A stretch of DNA of 64,000 bases from Nitrosopumilaceae archaeon (GCA_965203465.1 CBDBCR010000001.1:352001-416000), one strand, 5' to 3'. Shown: positions 10,059 to 19,680, numbered from the stretch's first letter. Notes: generated by a model not told the origin, from the sequence alone. Numbers and translations: made by a program.

Positions 10059-13000
10059 CAGAAGAGCCCATAAGGCGCGACATCATCGACAACGTGACCA
10101 AAGGCATAACGATGCAGAAGATGCTCAATTCGGAGATACCGCGGATCAAAAAGTTCGACATCTCCACGGGGTATTTCGACGTGGCGGGGTACGGCATGCT
10201 GCGCGGCGCGCTGGAGCCGGCAGCGCGCGACGGCTCTTTCGAGATGAGGATGCTCCTGGGCAAGGAGGCGCTGCTGCCGCCGGCCGGCTCTTTCGAGCGG
10301 TACGCCGAGCAGTACCGGCAGGCGCCGGGCGCGGATCCCGACCCGCAGGCGCCGCTAAAGTCGAGCCTCGACGAGGCGGACCTAAAGCCCGAGTCGCTTG
10401 CCAGCATATCGGGCCTCATAGAGCTGCTGGGGCGCCCCAACGTGCGGGTGCGGCTCGGCGCCAGCAGGTTCAACCACTCAAAGTGCTACATACTGGGGGA
10501 CAACTCGGCGTTCATCGGCTCTAGCAACTTCACGGCAGGCGGCATGGTGGGCAACTACGAGCTCAACGCCGGGCTGTACCAGCCGAGCGTCGCCGAGGCC
10601 GCCAGGAAGTGGTTCGACCGCATGTGGGACGCGGCCGAGGACGCAAAAGAGGACATGATCAGCGTCCTGAAAAAGTCAAAGTTCGGCATGCCGCCGGACC
10701 CGCACGAGGTGTACATGAAGATGCTCTACGAAAAGTTCGAGCCGTTCCTAAAGCGGGACGACCGGCCCAAGCGCAAGGACGTACAGCTGGCCTCGTTCCA
10801 GCGGGACGCCGTGAACACGGCCATGCACGTGATCTCCAACTACCGCGGCGCGATCATCGCGGATTCGACGGGGCTGGGCAAGACCAACATGGGGATCGAG
10901 ATAGTCCGGCAGAAGATCCTGGACGAGGGCAGAAAAGTAATGCTGGTGGCGCCGGCCCAGGTCCTGCGCGGCATGTGGGAGGACAAGCTAAAGGACGTCG
11001 ACATATCCGTCCGCCGCATGGTGACCATGGAGTCCCTCGGACGGGCGGACTTCCTGAAAGACGCCAAGCAGTACCGCAACATCGACTTTATCCTGATAGA
11101 CGAGTCGCAGAACTTCCGCTCAAAGACGGCCCAGCGGCGGCTCAACCTGATGAGCCTGCTGCACGTGGGCAAGCCGAAGCAGGTGCTGCTGCTCACGGCC
11201 ACCCCCATCAACAACTCGCTGATGGACCTGTACTACCAGCTCAGCATAGTGACCGCGGGGGACGACCAGTACTTTTGGGACACGGTCGGTATCACGGACC
11301 TGTACAAGCACATGCGCGACGCCACCAACAAGGACCTGCAGCGCGGGCTGGAAAAGATCCAGCAGCTGCTCGACAGCGTGATGATACGCCGGACGCGCTC
11401 GTTCATACGGCAGGTGTACCCGCACGACACCATAAACGGGCAGCCGATAAGGTTCCCCGAGCACGAATACAAGCCGATAAACTACGACCTGGCCGGCCTC
11501 TTCGGCAACGTATTCGAGCGCATCTTCAAGGACATGGGATCCCTCACCATGGCGCCGTACGGGATAGACAGGTACAACAAGTCGCTGCCCGAGGAAAAGA
11601 GAAAAGCCCACGGGACGCTTGCCCGACTGCAGGTGATCCTGCTGCTAAAGAGGTTCGAGTCGAGCGTGGAGGCGGTCCGCATAAGCCTCGGCAACAAGGT
11701 GCGCATGTACGAGCACGTCAGGAGGACGCTGCGCGGGGGCAGGATGCTCCGGGTCCGGGACTTTAACAGGGCGCTCGGCCAGTGGAGCAACCAGGAAATG
11801 GAGAGCGAGGGGGAGGGCGAGGAGGACAGGGAGGCGCAGCTCGTAGAGTCGGTCGAGGCGCTGGCCACCGAAGACGCGGGCGACTACGACACGAAGACCA
11901 TGCTGGCGGACATCGAGGCGGATTTGGAAAAAATGCGCAGCCTGCAAAAAGAGATAGGGCGCATCACGGTCGATACGAAGTTCGACGCTGTCGCCAGGTC
12001 CATACTGGAAGAGCGGGCGCTCGAGAAAGAGGGCGGCAAGGTGCTCGTGTTCACCGAATACACGGCGACCGCAAAGTACGTGCACAAAAAGCTAAAGGGG
12101 GTGTTCCCCGACAAGGAGATACTGCTGATACACGGGCGCACGGATCCGGACGACCGCAGGGAGCGCGTGCGGCGGTTCTCGCCCAAGGCCAACCTGCCAG
12201 AGGACGAAGACCTGGATGGGAAGGAGGCCGACATATTGGTGTCCACCGAGGTACTGGCCGAGGGGCAGAACCTGCAGGACTGCAACTACGTCGTGAACTA
12301 CGACCTGCCGTGGAATCCCATGAGGATAGTGCAGCGGACGGGCAGGATAGACAGGCTGACAACAAAGCACGAGACGGTCCACTCGCGCGCCTGCTTTCCG
12401 GACAAGCAGCTGAACGAAATACTAGAGCTGGTGGCCAAGCTGCTCTCCAAGCTAGACACGGCGGCCGCGGTCCTGGGCTCGGACGTGGTGATACTGGGCA
12501 GGATGCCAAGCTCCAAGATCTACGGCCAGCTGGACGAGGACCTGCGGGCGCTGGTGGGGGCCGACGGGGCCAAGAGCCGCAAGGTAGCCGAGCGCCTCGA
12601 GTCCGAGTCGGACATGATGGCCAGGACGCCGATCAACGAGATCATCGAGCACGTCAAGGAGATAGGGCTCGACGCCATGAGGGAGGTGCCCCTCGGGCGG
12701 CGCAGCGGCAAGCGGGGCGAGGGGCAGAAGGCTGTCTTGGCGTACCTGCAGGACGGGCGCGTCCGCAGGGTGCACTTTGTGATATACGACTATGCGGACG
12801 GCCGCGCCTACGTGCCGGATACGGACACCGAGGCGATCAGGCTGGCCTCGTGCGCGTCCGAGGCGCCCCTGCACCTGCCGATGGACGGAGAAGAGCACCG
12901 CGAATCGTTCGAGGAGCTGCTCCGCATAGACGGGCCGGCGCGGCGGGCCGTGCTCGACAGGGACAGGGAAGGCAGGAAAAAGGTGGCCGATCTGCAGCAA

Positions 13001-13381
13001 AGGAGGAAGCAGCACGACAAAAACACGTACGAGCTCGTATCGGCGCTGGTGGGGGCCGCCATGGACGGGCAGGTGACCCACGAGGAGGCCGACGGGGCGC
13101 GGCGCGTCCTAGAGTCGGCGCACATGAGATCCTGGCCCGCCAAGTCCCGGGAGTTTCTGGAAGAATACAAAAAGGGCGAGGATCCCGCGGCGCTGGCGGC
13201 CAAGATACGAAAGTTCGCGGACAGCATGTACTTTGAGGACGAGGGGGAGGCCCCTCCCCCGAAAGAGCAGGAGGCAAAGCTGAAACTGGTAGGGGCGATC
13301 TTTGTGATGGACGGGTTCGACCCCGGCTTGGGCCGAAAGGGGCTGGAAAAGTACCAGGGCGGCGCGCAAGATCCGGCCTGA
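10055..13381 (+). CDS. PLD-nuclease domain fused to an SNF2-family helicase
   Basis: HSKCY..IGSSNFT..NYELN PLD motif; ADSTGLGKT, DESQ, TATP, EGQNLQ and QRTGRIDR helicase motifs; ATGA overlap with the upstream gene. Confidence 0.92.
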   Translation: MTEEPIRRDIIDNVTKGITMQKMLNSEIPRIKKFDISTGYFDVAGYGMLRGALEPAARDGSFEMRMLLGKEALLPPAGSFERYAEQYRQAPGADPDPQAPLKSSLDEADLKPESLASISGLIELLGRPNVRVRLGASRFNHSKCYILGDNSAFIGSSNFTAGGMVGNYELNAGLYQPSVAEAARKWFDRMWDAAEDAKEDMISVLKKSKFGMPPDPHEVYMKMLYEKFEPFLKRDDRPKRKDVQLASFQRDAVNTAMHVISNYRGAIIADSTGLGKTNMGIEIVRQKILDEGRKVMLVAPAQVLRGMWEDKLKDVDISVRRMVTMESLGRADFLKDAKQYRNIDFILIDESQNFRSKTAQRRLNLMSLLHVGKPKQVLLLTATPINNSLMDLYYQLSIVTAGDDQYFWDTVGITDLYKHMRDATNKDLQRGLEKIQQLLDSVMIRRTRSFIRQVYPHDTINGQPIRFPEHEYKPINYDLAGLFGNVFERIFKDMGSLTMAPYGIDRYNKSLPEEKRKAHGTLARLQVILLLKRFESSVEAVRISLGNKVRMYEHVRRTLRGGRMLRVRDFNRALGQWSNQEMESEGEGEEDREAQLVESVEALATEDAGDYDTKTMLADIEADLEKMRSLQKEIGRITVDTKFDAVARSILEERALEKEGGKVLVFTEYTATAKYVHKKLKGVFPDKEILLIHGRTDPDDRRERVRRFSPKANLPEDEDLDGKEADILVSTEVLAEGQNLQDCNYVVNYDLPWNPMRIVQRTGRIDRLTTKHETVHSRACFPDKQLNEILELVAKLLSKLDTAAAVLGSDVVILGRMPSSKIYGQLDEDLRALVGADGAKSRKVAERLESESDMMARTPINEIIEHVKEIGLDAMREVPLGRRSGKRGEGQKAVLAYLQDGRVRRVHFVIYDYADGRAYVPDTDTEAIRLASCASEAPLHLPMDGEEHRESFEELLRIDGPARRAVLDRDREGRKKVADLQQRRKQHDKNTYELVSALVGAAMDGQVTHEEADGARRVLESAHMRSWPAKSREFLEEYKKGEDPAALAAKIRKFADSMYFEDEGEAPPPKEQEAKLKLVGAIFVMDGFDPGLGRKGLEKYQGGAQDPA

Positions 13382-13412
13382 CTCCCGGGCCGGGCCGCGA
13401 TTGCGCGCGCCA

Positions 13413-14231
13413 CTACAGCAGGATCCTCGTCTCCGCCTCCAGGCAGAACGCCAGGGGCATGCCGCGGCCCACCGACTTGCCGCGGGCAGAGCACCTGTGC
13501 GAGTATTTCACGGGCGCCGACTTTCCCGCGTCTCTTATGGAATCGCCGTCGTAATTGAGTATGGCGCCATCGAGCGCGCCGGCGAACCTGGCGGCCACGC
13601 CCCGGTCAGCGGTGAGCGAGGCAAAGTGGTAGTTGACGTTCTTCGGGACGCTGTTTTTCTTCTCTACGACGTCTGTCAGCTCCGCGACGGTCGCGCAGCA
13701 GCAAAACAGCGGCGCGCCCAGATAGTCCCGCATGTTCTTGGCCGTCGCCTTGTCCGAGAGCCGCCGCAGCTCGCCGTCGATTTCCCGAAACTCCGGCTTG
13801 CGGCAGGCCTCGTCCCACGCCTCTTCGAGCGCCGACTGCCCCGTGTCCGCGCCCGTCAGGGCGCGCGACAGGCTAGGCTCCATGCCGTGCCTGCGCTCTA
13901 GGTCGCTTATCCGGTAGTGCACGTCCGAGAGCACCTCCCGCAGGCGGCCCTCCCTCTCCTTCAGATCCCTGGCCGCCCCCCTGATCCGGGCGGACTCGTC
14001 CCCTTCGTCCGGGGGCGCGCCGCCGGCCAGCGCCGCGTCCACGGCCTCGGAGAGCTCCCGGTCGGTCATGAACCTTGCCGGCCTGGGCGGCGCCTTGTAC
14101 TCTGGCGAGCTCCCCGCGGCGAGCACCGCCTTTTCCGCGTCTTCGCGGGTCAGGTTAGCCCAGCGCGTCATCGCGTCTACGGCGTTCGGGCCGCCGTAGC
14201 CTTCGAGCACCGGTTTCGCGTCGAAACCCAC
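13413..14231 (-). CDS. Hypothetical protein, C-terminus resembles the ADP-ribosyltransferase fold
   Basis: 272-aa ORF; FASLTADRGVAARFA and LEAETRI resemble the ART S-x-S and E-x-E motifs. Confidence 0.55.
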   Translation of the reverse strand: MGFDAKPVLEGYGGPNAVDAMTRWANLTREDAEKAVLAAGSSPEYKAPPRPARFMTDRELSEAVDAALAGGAPPDEGDESARIRGAARDLKEREGRLREVLSDVHYRISDLERRHGMEPSLSRALTGADTGQSALEEAWDEACRKPEFREIDGELRRLSDKATAKNMRDYLGAPLFCCCATVAELTDVVEKKNSVPKNVNYHFASLTADRGVAARFAGALDGAILNYDGDSIRDAGKSAPVKYSHRCSARGKSVGRGMPLAFCLEAETRILL

Positions 14232-14361
14232 GCCGCCGCGCGCGGCGCGCCCTTTTTGTGCCCTCCTGCCCGGGCGGTATCGTGCGCCCAGCCGCCCGCC
14301 GGCGGCAAGAATTGCCCCCTGCCAAAGCCGCGCCGCCGACCCGCGCCCGGCCGATCCAAAG

Positions 14362-14876
14362 TCACCCGTCGCATTCTATCAGGCCGGCGCCCTCCAAGTC
14401 GCGCAGGGTCGCGTCTATGAACTCGCGCGTGAAACCGACTTTGGAAAATTCCGTGTTGCTCACGATGTGGCTCCTTTTCGACATGCTTTTCCTCTTGGAC
14501 AGCAGCGTGGTCGCTATCTCCAGCCAGTCGTTGCTCCTGCCCCGGACGAAGTCGAGGAACTCGCCGCTGCGGAACTCTTGCGGCAGCTCGGCCCGGGCCT
14601 CGCGGTACCGCCCGGGGTTTTCCTCCAGATCGTAGCACTCGGTCGCTAGGGCTCTGGAACTCGGCCCCCACAGGTAAATGTCGTGCTCGTACGGCAGGTC
14701 CAGCCCGAAGCGCTTGGCCAAAGGGTCGCGTCTAACGCGTACTTTTGGATCTTGAACCTGTTCCAAAAGTGGAAGTCGTCCCCGCCCCGTATCTTGAACT
14801 CGGCCAAGTTCTCCCTCTCCAAGTACTTTATGAACTGGGGGAGCATCGACTCGCCGGTCATTACCGTGCCGCTCAT
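14362..14876 (-). pseudogene. Panacea (DUF4065/SocA)/YwgA-like protein disrupted by an 11-nt insertion
   Basis: RFKIQKY and LAKRFGLDLPY...YLWGPSS...WLEIATTL lie in two frames that join near 14720-14735. Confidence 0.7.
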
Positions 14877-14963
14877 CGGCCGCCTTGCCGGCGGGGGCGG
14901 TTAAATTCCTTGCCTGACCGGCCGGCTTTAACAATTTTATACGGCCCGCGGGGGGCGCGGCCC

Positions 14964-16118
14964 GTGGAGACGGTCTGCGTGCTCGGCGCCGGCAGCACGA
15001 AGTACGGCAAGCTCGACGGGGGCATAGCCGACATCACCGTGCAGGCCTCGGCCTCGGCCATAGAGAGCGCCGGCATAGAGCCCAAGGAGATAGGGGCCGG
15101 CTACATATCCAACGTCTTCGGCATAGCCGACAAGCAGGTGCACCTCGGGCCGGTGGTCATGAGCGGCCTCGGGGTGCCCGAAAAGCCCTCGCTGTCCATA
15201 GAGTCGGCGTGCGGCAGCGGCTCGGTCTCGTTCCGCGAGGCGTTCGCCAACGTGCGCGCTGGGTTCTACGACGCGGTGCTGGTCACCGGCGTCGAAAAGG
15301 TCACCCACACGGGGACCGAGTGGACGACCACGTACTTTTCGTACTGCTCGGACTTTTTCTACGAGGGCAGGGCAGGCGCCTCGTTCCCCGGCCTGTTCGC
15401 CTCCATGGCCAGGGCGTACCTCGACGAGTTCGGGGCCACCGAGGAGCAGCTGGCCCACATCGCCGTAAAGAACCACGACAACGGCGCCGAGAACCCAAAG
15501 GCGCACCTGCGCAAAAAGATAACCGTAGACGACGTCATGGGCTCGGCCGTGGTGGCAAGCCCCCTGAAACTGTACGACTGCTGCCCCTTTTCGGACGGGG
15601 CCAGCTCCGTGGTGCTGTGCAGCGAGAGGTTCGCGCGCGAGCATTCAAAGGACTACGTGAGGGTGACCGGCTCGGGGAGGGGCGGCTCGCCGGCGGCCCT
15701 GCAGGGCAGGGAGAGCATGACGACCATACCGAGCACCCGGATAGCGGCCAAAGAGGCCTACAAGATGGCCGGCATATCGCCAAAGGACGTAGACTTTGCC
15801 GAGGTCCACGACTGCTTTACGATAGCCGAGGCAGTCGACACCGAGGACTTGGGCTTTTTCGAAAAGGGCGAGGGCGCAAAGGCGGCCGCCGAGGGGCGCA
15901 CGAGGCTCAACTCCGAAATATCCGTAAACCCGTCCGGCGGCCTCAAGTCGAAGGGGCACCCCATCGGGGCCACCGGCGTGGGGCAGGTCGTGGAGGTCTT
16001 TGAGCAGTTCACCGGCAGGGCGGGCGGGCGCGCCGTAAAGGACGCGCGCGTCGGGCTCACGCACAACTTCGGGGCCACCGGCGCAAGCTGCGCGGTCCAC
16101 GTGTTCCAGGGGGCCTAG
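14964..16118 (+). CDS. Thiolase (archaeal/SCP2-type acetyl-CoA acetyltransferase)
   Basis: ESACGSG, EVHDCF and GHPIGATG motifs; GTG start downstream of a TTTTATA box. Confidence 0.95.
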   Translation: METVCVLGAGSTKYGKLDGGIADITVQASASAIESAGIEPKEIGAGYISNVFGIADKQVHLGPVVMSGLGVPEKPSLSIESACGSGSVSFREAFANVRAGFYDAVLVTGVEKVTHTGTEWTTTYFSYCSDFFYEGRAGASFPGLFASMARAYLDEFGATEEQLAHIAVKNHDNGAENPKAHLRKKITVDDVMGSAVVASPLKLYDCCPFSDGASSVVLCSERFAREHSKDYVRVTGSGRGGSPAALQGRESMTTIPSTRIAAKEAYKMAGISPKDVDFAEVHDCFTIAEAVDTEDLGFFEKGEGAKAAAEGRTRLNSEISVNPSGGLKSKGHPIGATGVGQVVEVFEQFTGRAGGRAVKDARVGLTHNFGATGASCAVHVFQGA

Positions 16119-16478
16119 ATGGCCGGCGGGCGCTTCGAGGAGGAGGCGCGGCGCGGCATGGTGCTGGCCCGCCGGTGCTCCTCGTGCTCGCGCCTCTCGC
16201 TTTCCACCTCGCGCTACTGCGCCTGCGGCTCGGCCTCTTTCGAGGAGGTTCCGGTGGAGGGCAGGGGGGCCATATCGACGTACACCATAATCACCGTGCC
16301 CCCCGAGGGCTTTGAGGAGCACGTGCCGTACGCGTGGGCCGTGATGAGCCTGGACGGCACCGACCTGAGGATATCTGGGTTCATGGCCTCGATAGCCTCG
16401 CCCGACCAGCTGCCCGTGGGCTCGCGTGCCCGCGTGGCCGGCTTTGACGGGCGCGGGCTGGTGCTAGAGAGGGCCTGA
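16119..16478 (+). CDS. DUF35 zinc-ribbon/OB-fold protein, thiolase partner
   Basis: CSSC...CACG zinc ribbon plus OB fold; abuts the thiolase. Confidence 0.9.
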   Translation: MAGGRFEEEARRGMVLARRCSSCSRLSLSTSRYCACGSASFEEVPVEGRGAISTYTIITVPPEGFEEHVPYAWAVMSLDGTDLRISGFMASIASPDQLPVGSRARVAGFDGRGLVLERA

Positions 16479-16546
16479 TCCGGGGCCCGGGGGCAGGGCT
16501 TGCCCCGTCCGCACTGTTTATACACTGCAAACCCGGTGTACATGGC

Positions 16547-16861
16547 ATGCAGAAAGCCGTCTCTTACGGGGAGTTCCTCGAGGAGTGGAAAAGAGAATCC
16601 GAAAAGTGGGCCGGGGGCATCTTTACGTCGCTTCCCATACACGCCCCCGAGATCCACGGCGATCTAAAGGAGGACGCCGTCGAAGACATAATGCGAGTCG
16701 TGTGGTTCCGGGTAGGCAAGTACATGACGGACGAGGAAAGGGGCAGAGCTTTGCGCGCCAACTTGGACGAGATCAAAAGATACACCTCCGAGCTGGTGGA
16801 CAGGACGGTAGCGGAAAGGTGGGAGCGCGTGCAGTCGGTCTCCAACCAGCGCATACATTAG
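16547..16861 (+). CDS. Hypothetical ~100-aa protein, paralog copy 1
   Basis: Highly similar to 17986..18288 and 18411..18709; TTTTATA box upstream. Confidence 0.8.
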   Translation: MQKAVSYGEFLEEWKRESEKWAGGIFTSLPIHAPEIHGDLKEDAVEDIMRVVWFRVGKYMTDEERGRALRANLDEIKRYTSELVDRTVAERWERVQSVSNQRIH

Positions 16862-16890
16862 CACGCTCGATGGCAAGTCGGAGCGCCGTC

Positions 16891-17595
16891 TTACATATCG
16901 GTCCCAAGAGGCGGTTTCTCCACCCTTACATGTATCGTGGTGTTGCGTGGAACACGCGTGCGGTCCGGTATCCTGCACTCCGTCTCATCGGCGTGCCTTA
17001 TCTCCTTGGCATCGCCGATCCGCTCTTCGAATGGTTGCAACGGCCTGGGCAGGGCGGTATAGGTGGCTAGCTTGACCGCGCGGCGGATGGCGTCGTTGAT
17101 CGGCACTTTTATGACCAACTCGCGATCGTTACAATACTCGTTCCGCCACATGCTCAACGCCTTGTAGCCGCGGCGCCCCCCGTCTTTCTCTATCCGGCTC
17201 TCAAAAGCTCCGTTCTTGTAGCCTTCAAGCTCTTCCCAGCTTGCACCGCGCCAGAGTACATCGCACTGTGCAAACTGCTCTCTAAATACGTGTGTCAGTG
17301 CTCTGGCCCGCCCCTCTGCTTCGATGACCGAGTCAAACTTTGCGCGATCCTTGCGCTTGAGCCCATTCATGTACAGCAAGTCCGCCTCGTACCATTTTTT
17401 GCCTTTTACCGCCAACCAGTACTGGTTGGCTTCTGATGTTTCTATCAGGATCAATTCGGGATCCTCTGCTAGTCGAGCGTATTTTTCTACCACCTCTTTT
17501 ACAATTTGGCGTATTCCATTCCCCGCGTCCATCTTGGCGCGCAGCTCGCGCAACGGCCCGTCCACATCCACGCCGTCCAGCGGCGACTCACCCAT
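16891..17595 (-). CDS. Putative ADP-ribosyltransferase-fold protein
   Basis: VLWRG ... YKALSM ... DETECRI matches an R-S-E ART pattern; AT-richer than its neighbours; start chosen at MGESP. Confidence 0.6.
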   Translation of the reverse strand: MGESPLDGVDVDGPLRELRAKMDAGNGIRQIVKEVVEKYARLAEDPELILIETSEANQYWLAVKGKKWYEADLLYMNGLKRKDRAKFDSVIEAEGRARALTHVFREQFAQCDVLWRGASWEELEGYKNGAFESRIEKDGGRRGYKALSMWRNEYCNDRELVIKVPINDAIRRAVKLATYTALPRPLQPFEERIGDAKEIRHADETECRIPDRTRVPRNTTIHVRVEKPPLGTDM

Positions 17596-17985
17596 GCCGT
17601 CTCGCCCCCGGCGCCGCAGACATGTACGAACCCCCCGACACGGCCCGAGCCTGATGCACCCGAGCCCTATTTCCGACCGAAGACGCGAGGCCCACGAGAG
17701 CGCAGGTTCTGTATGCTCGGCTGCCCGCCGTCGTGAACATGAGCCGTCGCGCGCTAGGGTACCTGAGATGTACCCGGACGGGCACCTCCACACCAAACGC
17801 CGATCCGTCAAGATTCGCCCGCTGCGCTTCTGTCCAACTATGCTTTCGCATGGATCAAGCCCGCAGAGCCGTACCTATTAAACACCACTGATTTATGCCA
17901 CCTTCCCTGTGCCTGTTGCCAGCCGCGGGCCGCAGCATTCGCCCGATCCACTCTGTTTATACACCGCAAATCCGGCGCACGGGGC

Positions 17986-18288
17986 ATGCAGAAAGCCGTG
18001 CCTTACGGGGAGTTCCTCGAGGAGTGGAAAAAAGTGTCCGCAAAGTGCGCTGAGGGCATCTACATGTCGCTTCCGATAAACGCCCCCGAGATCCACGGCG
18101 ATCTAAAAGAGGAAGCGATCGAGGACATCATGCGGGTCGTGTGGTACCGCGTGGGAAAGGGCATGACCGACGACGAAAAGTACAAAGCACTGCGGCCCAA
18201 CCTCGACGAGATCAAAAAATTCACCTCCGAGCTGGTCGACAGGACGGTGGCAGATGTCTGGGCGCGGCGGCCTTCCGCCGTGCGATAG
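17986..18288 (+). CDS. Hypothetical ~100-aa protein, paralog copy 2
   Basis: PEIHGDLKEEAIEDIMRVVW motif shared with copies 1 and 3; own TTTATA box. Confidence 0.8.
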   Translation: MQKAVPYGEFLEEWKKVSAKCAEGIYMSLPINAPEIHGDLKEEAIEDIMRVVWYRVGKGMTDDEKYKALRPNLDEIKKFTSELVDRTVADVWARRPSAVR

Positions 18289-18410
18289 AGCCGCCGGCCG
18301 GGGCGCGGGTTCCTACCGGTGCCCGCACAGGGGTGCCGCCTGACGGGCGAAGGAGCGCAAAATCTGCCCGCTCTGGGGTGTTTATACGCCCTACGCACCG
18401 CGCAAAGGGC

Positions 18411-18709
18411 GTGCAAGTCCGGCCTTACGGGAAGTTCGTTGAAGAGTGGAAAAAAGAGTCCGCAAAGTGCGCAGGGGCATCTACATGTCGCTCCCGATAG
18501 AAGGCCCCGAGATCCACGGCGCTCTAAAGGAGGAAGCCATCGAGGACATCATGCGGGTCGTGTGGTTCCGTGTAGGAGAAGATATGCCAGTCGACGAAAG
18601 GCGCGAAGCAGTGCGCGCCAACTTTGACGAGCTCAAGAGGCACACTTCCGAGTTGGTAGACAGGACGGTGGCGGAAACGTGGGCGAGACTGCCTGCCTCC
18701 GGAAAATAG
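18411..18709 (+). pseudogene. Paralog copy 3, 1-nt frameshift in a G run near 18474-18477
   Basis: GTG QVRPYGKFVEEWKKESAKCA, then a frame change to GIYMSLPIEGPEIHG; G4 here versus G5 in copy 1. Confidence 0.75.
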
Positions 18710-18946
18710 GGCCGCCGGCCGGAAGTCTGCTCGCCCGACTCCATGCCGGCGCCCACGCGAGTGCGCCGCCTGCCCGGCACGGCAGCGGACATCCTCGCCC
18801 CGTTCGCACACAAACCCCCACAGACGCCACGCGCAATCCGGGCACTCGCCCGCGCGCTGCCCTCGCACAGCTGCTGCCGACGTTGACGTGCGTGTACGCG
18901 ATCGCGCTGATTCTTTACACCCGCAGTTGGCAAAAACCGAGCTGCG

Positions 18947-19195
18947 CTATTGTGAAGAACCGCCACTCAGGTCGTGTCCTGCCCGCAGCGAAAACTTCCG
19001 ACCGCCCAGTTGCAAGAATACGGAGCAGTTCATTCTTGCCGCAAAGCGGAGATTTGGAATCCGGCACCACAGGGCACACGCCAAACCCACGATCAAGAAG
19101 GCCAAGCTCTCGGTGACCCCATCGACGGGCGGGACGATGCCGACGGCAAGCATCAACTCCCAGACTAGGACGACCAGACTCTCGACGCTTGTCAT
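18947..19195 (-). CDS. Small hypothetical membrane protein
   Basis: Two hydrophobic segments from MTSVESLVVLVW; TTTTAAA box upstream on the minus strand. Confidence 0.35.
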   Translation of the reverse strand: MTSVESLVVLVWELMLAVGIVPPVDGVTESLAFLIVGLACALWCRIPNLRFAARMNCSVFLQLGGRKFSLRAGHDLSGGSSQ

Positions 19196-19521
19196 TTTAT
19201 TGCGGGGCAAGTGGGGCGCGTGGTTTAAAAGAAGTAACGCGACCCTGACATACCCTCCGTAGGCACGCTCACGCACGATTCCGATACACACGCGTCATAG
19301 CGTAGCCCGGCACGCATGCCGGCCGCAGGCGAGCTCGCGCGCGATCGCGCAAGCCGCCGTCGCGGCGCTGGCCTGACCCAAGTCCGGGAAATGCAAGATC
19401 CACGATCGTCCGCCTCGCCGGGCGCCAATCCAGCGCCCGGGTCTGCGGGGCCACCTAGGGCCCCGCCAAGAGCCCTTCGGTGCCGTTTATTTACCCGCGC
19501 ATCCGGGCCCGCCCCGTGTCC

Positions 19522-19680
19522 ATGGAGATAGTCTGCGGCAAGTGCGGGGCGCGCATAACGCAGATGAAGATGCTAAAGCCGCTGCGCGGCGTCGTCGGGC
19601 AGTTCGACGGCAAGTGCCCGTCGTGCGGCCAGCCCCTCTCGCCGTCCGAGTTCTCGTTCGACGTCGAGGATCCGGCCTGA
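19522..19680 (+). CDS. Small zinc-ribbon protein
   Basis: CGKC...CPSC. Confidence 0.75.
   Translation: MEIVCGKCGARITQMKMLKPLRGVVGQFDGKCPSCGQPLSPSEFSFDVEDPA

Noticed and set aside
17588-17851. 87-aa ORF upstream of the ART-like gene
   Set aside because: It has a plausible TATA box and overlap but no motif support; left uncalled.
16480-18709. Repeated blocks as a CRISPR array or IS ends
   Set aside because: The repeats are ~350-nt diverged protein-coding duplicates with promoters, not short identical repeats; no cas genes seen.
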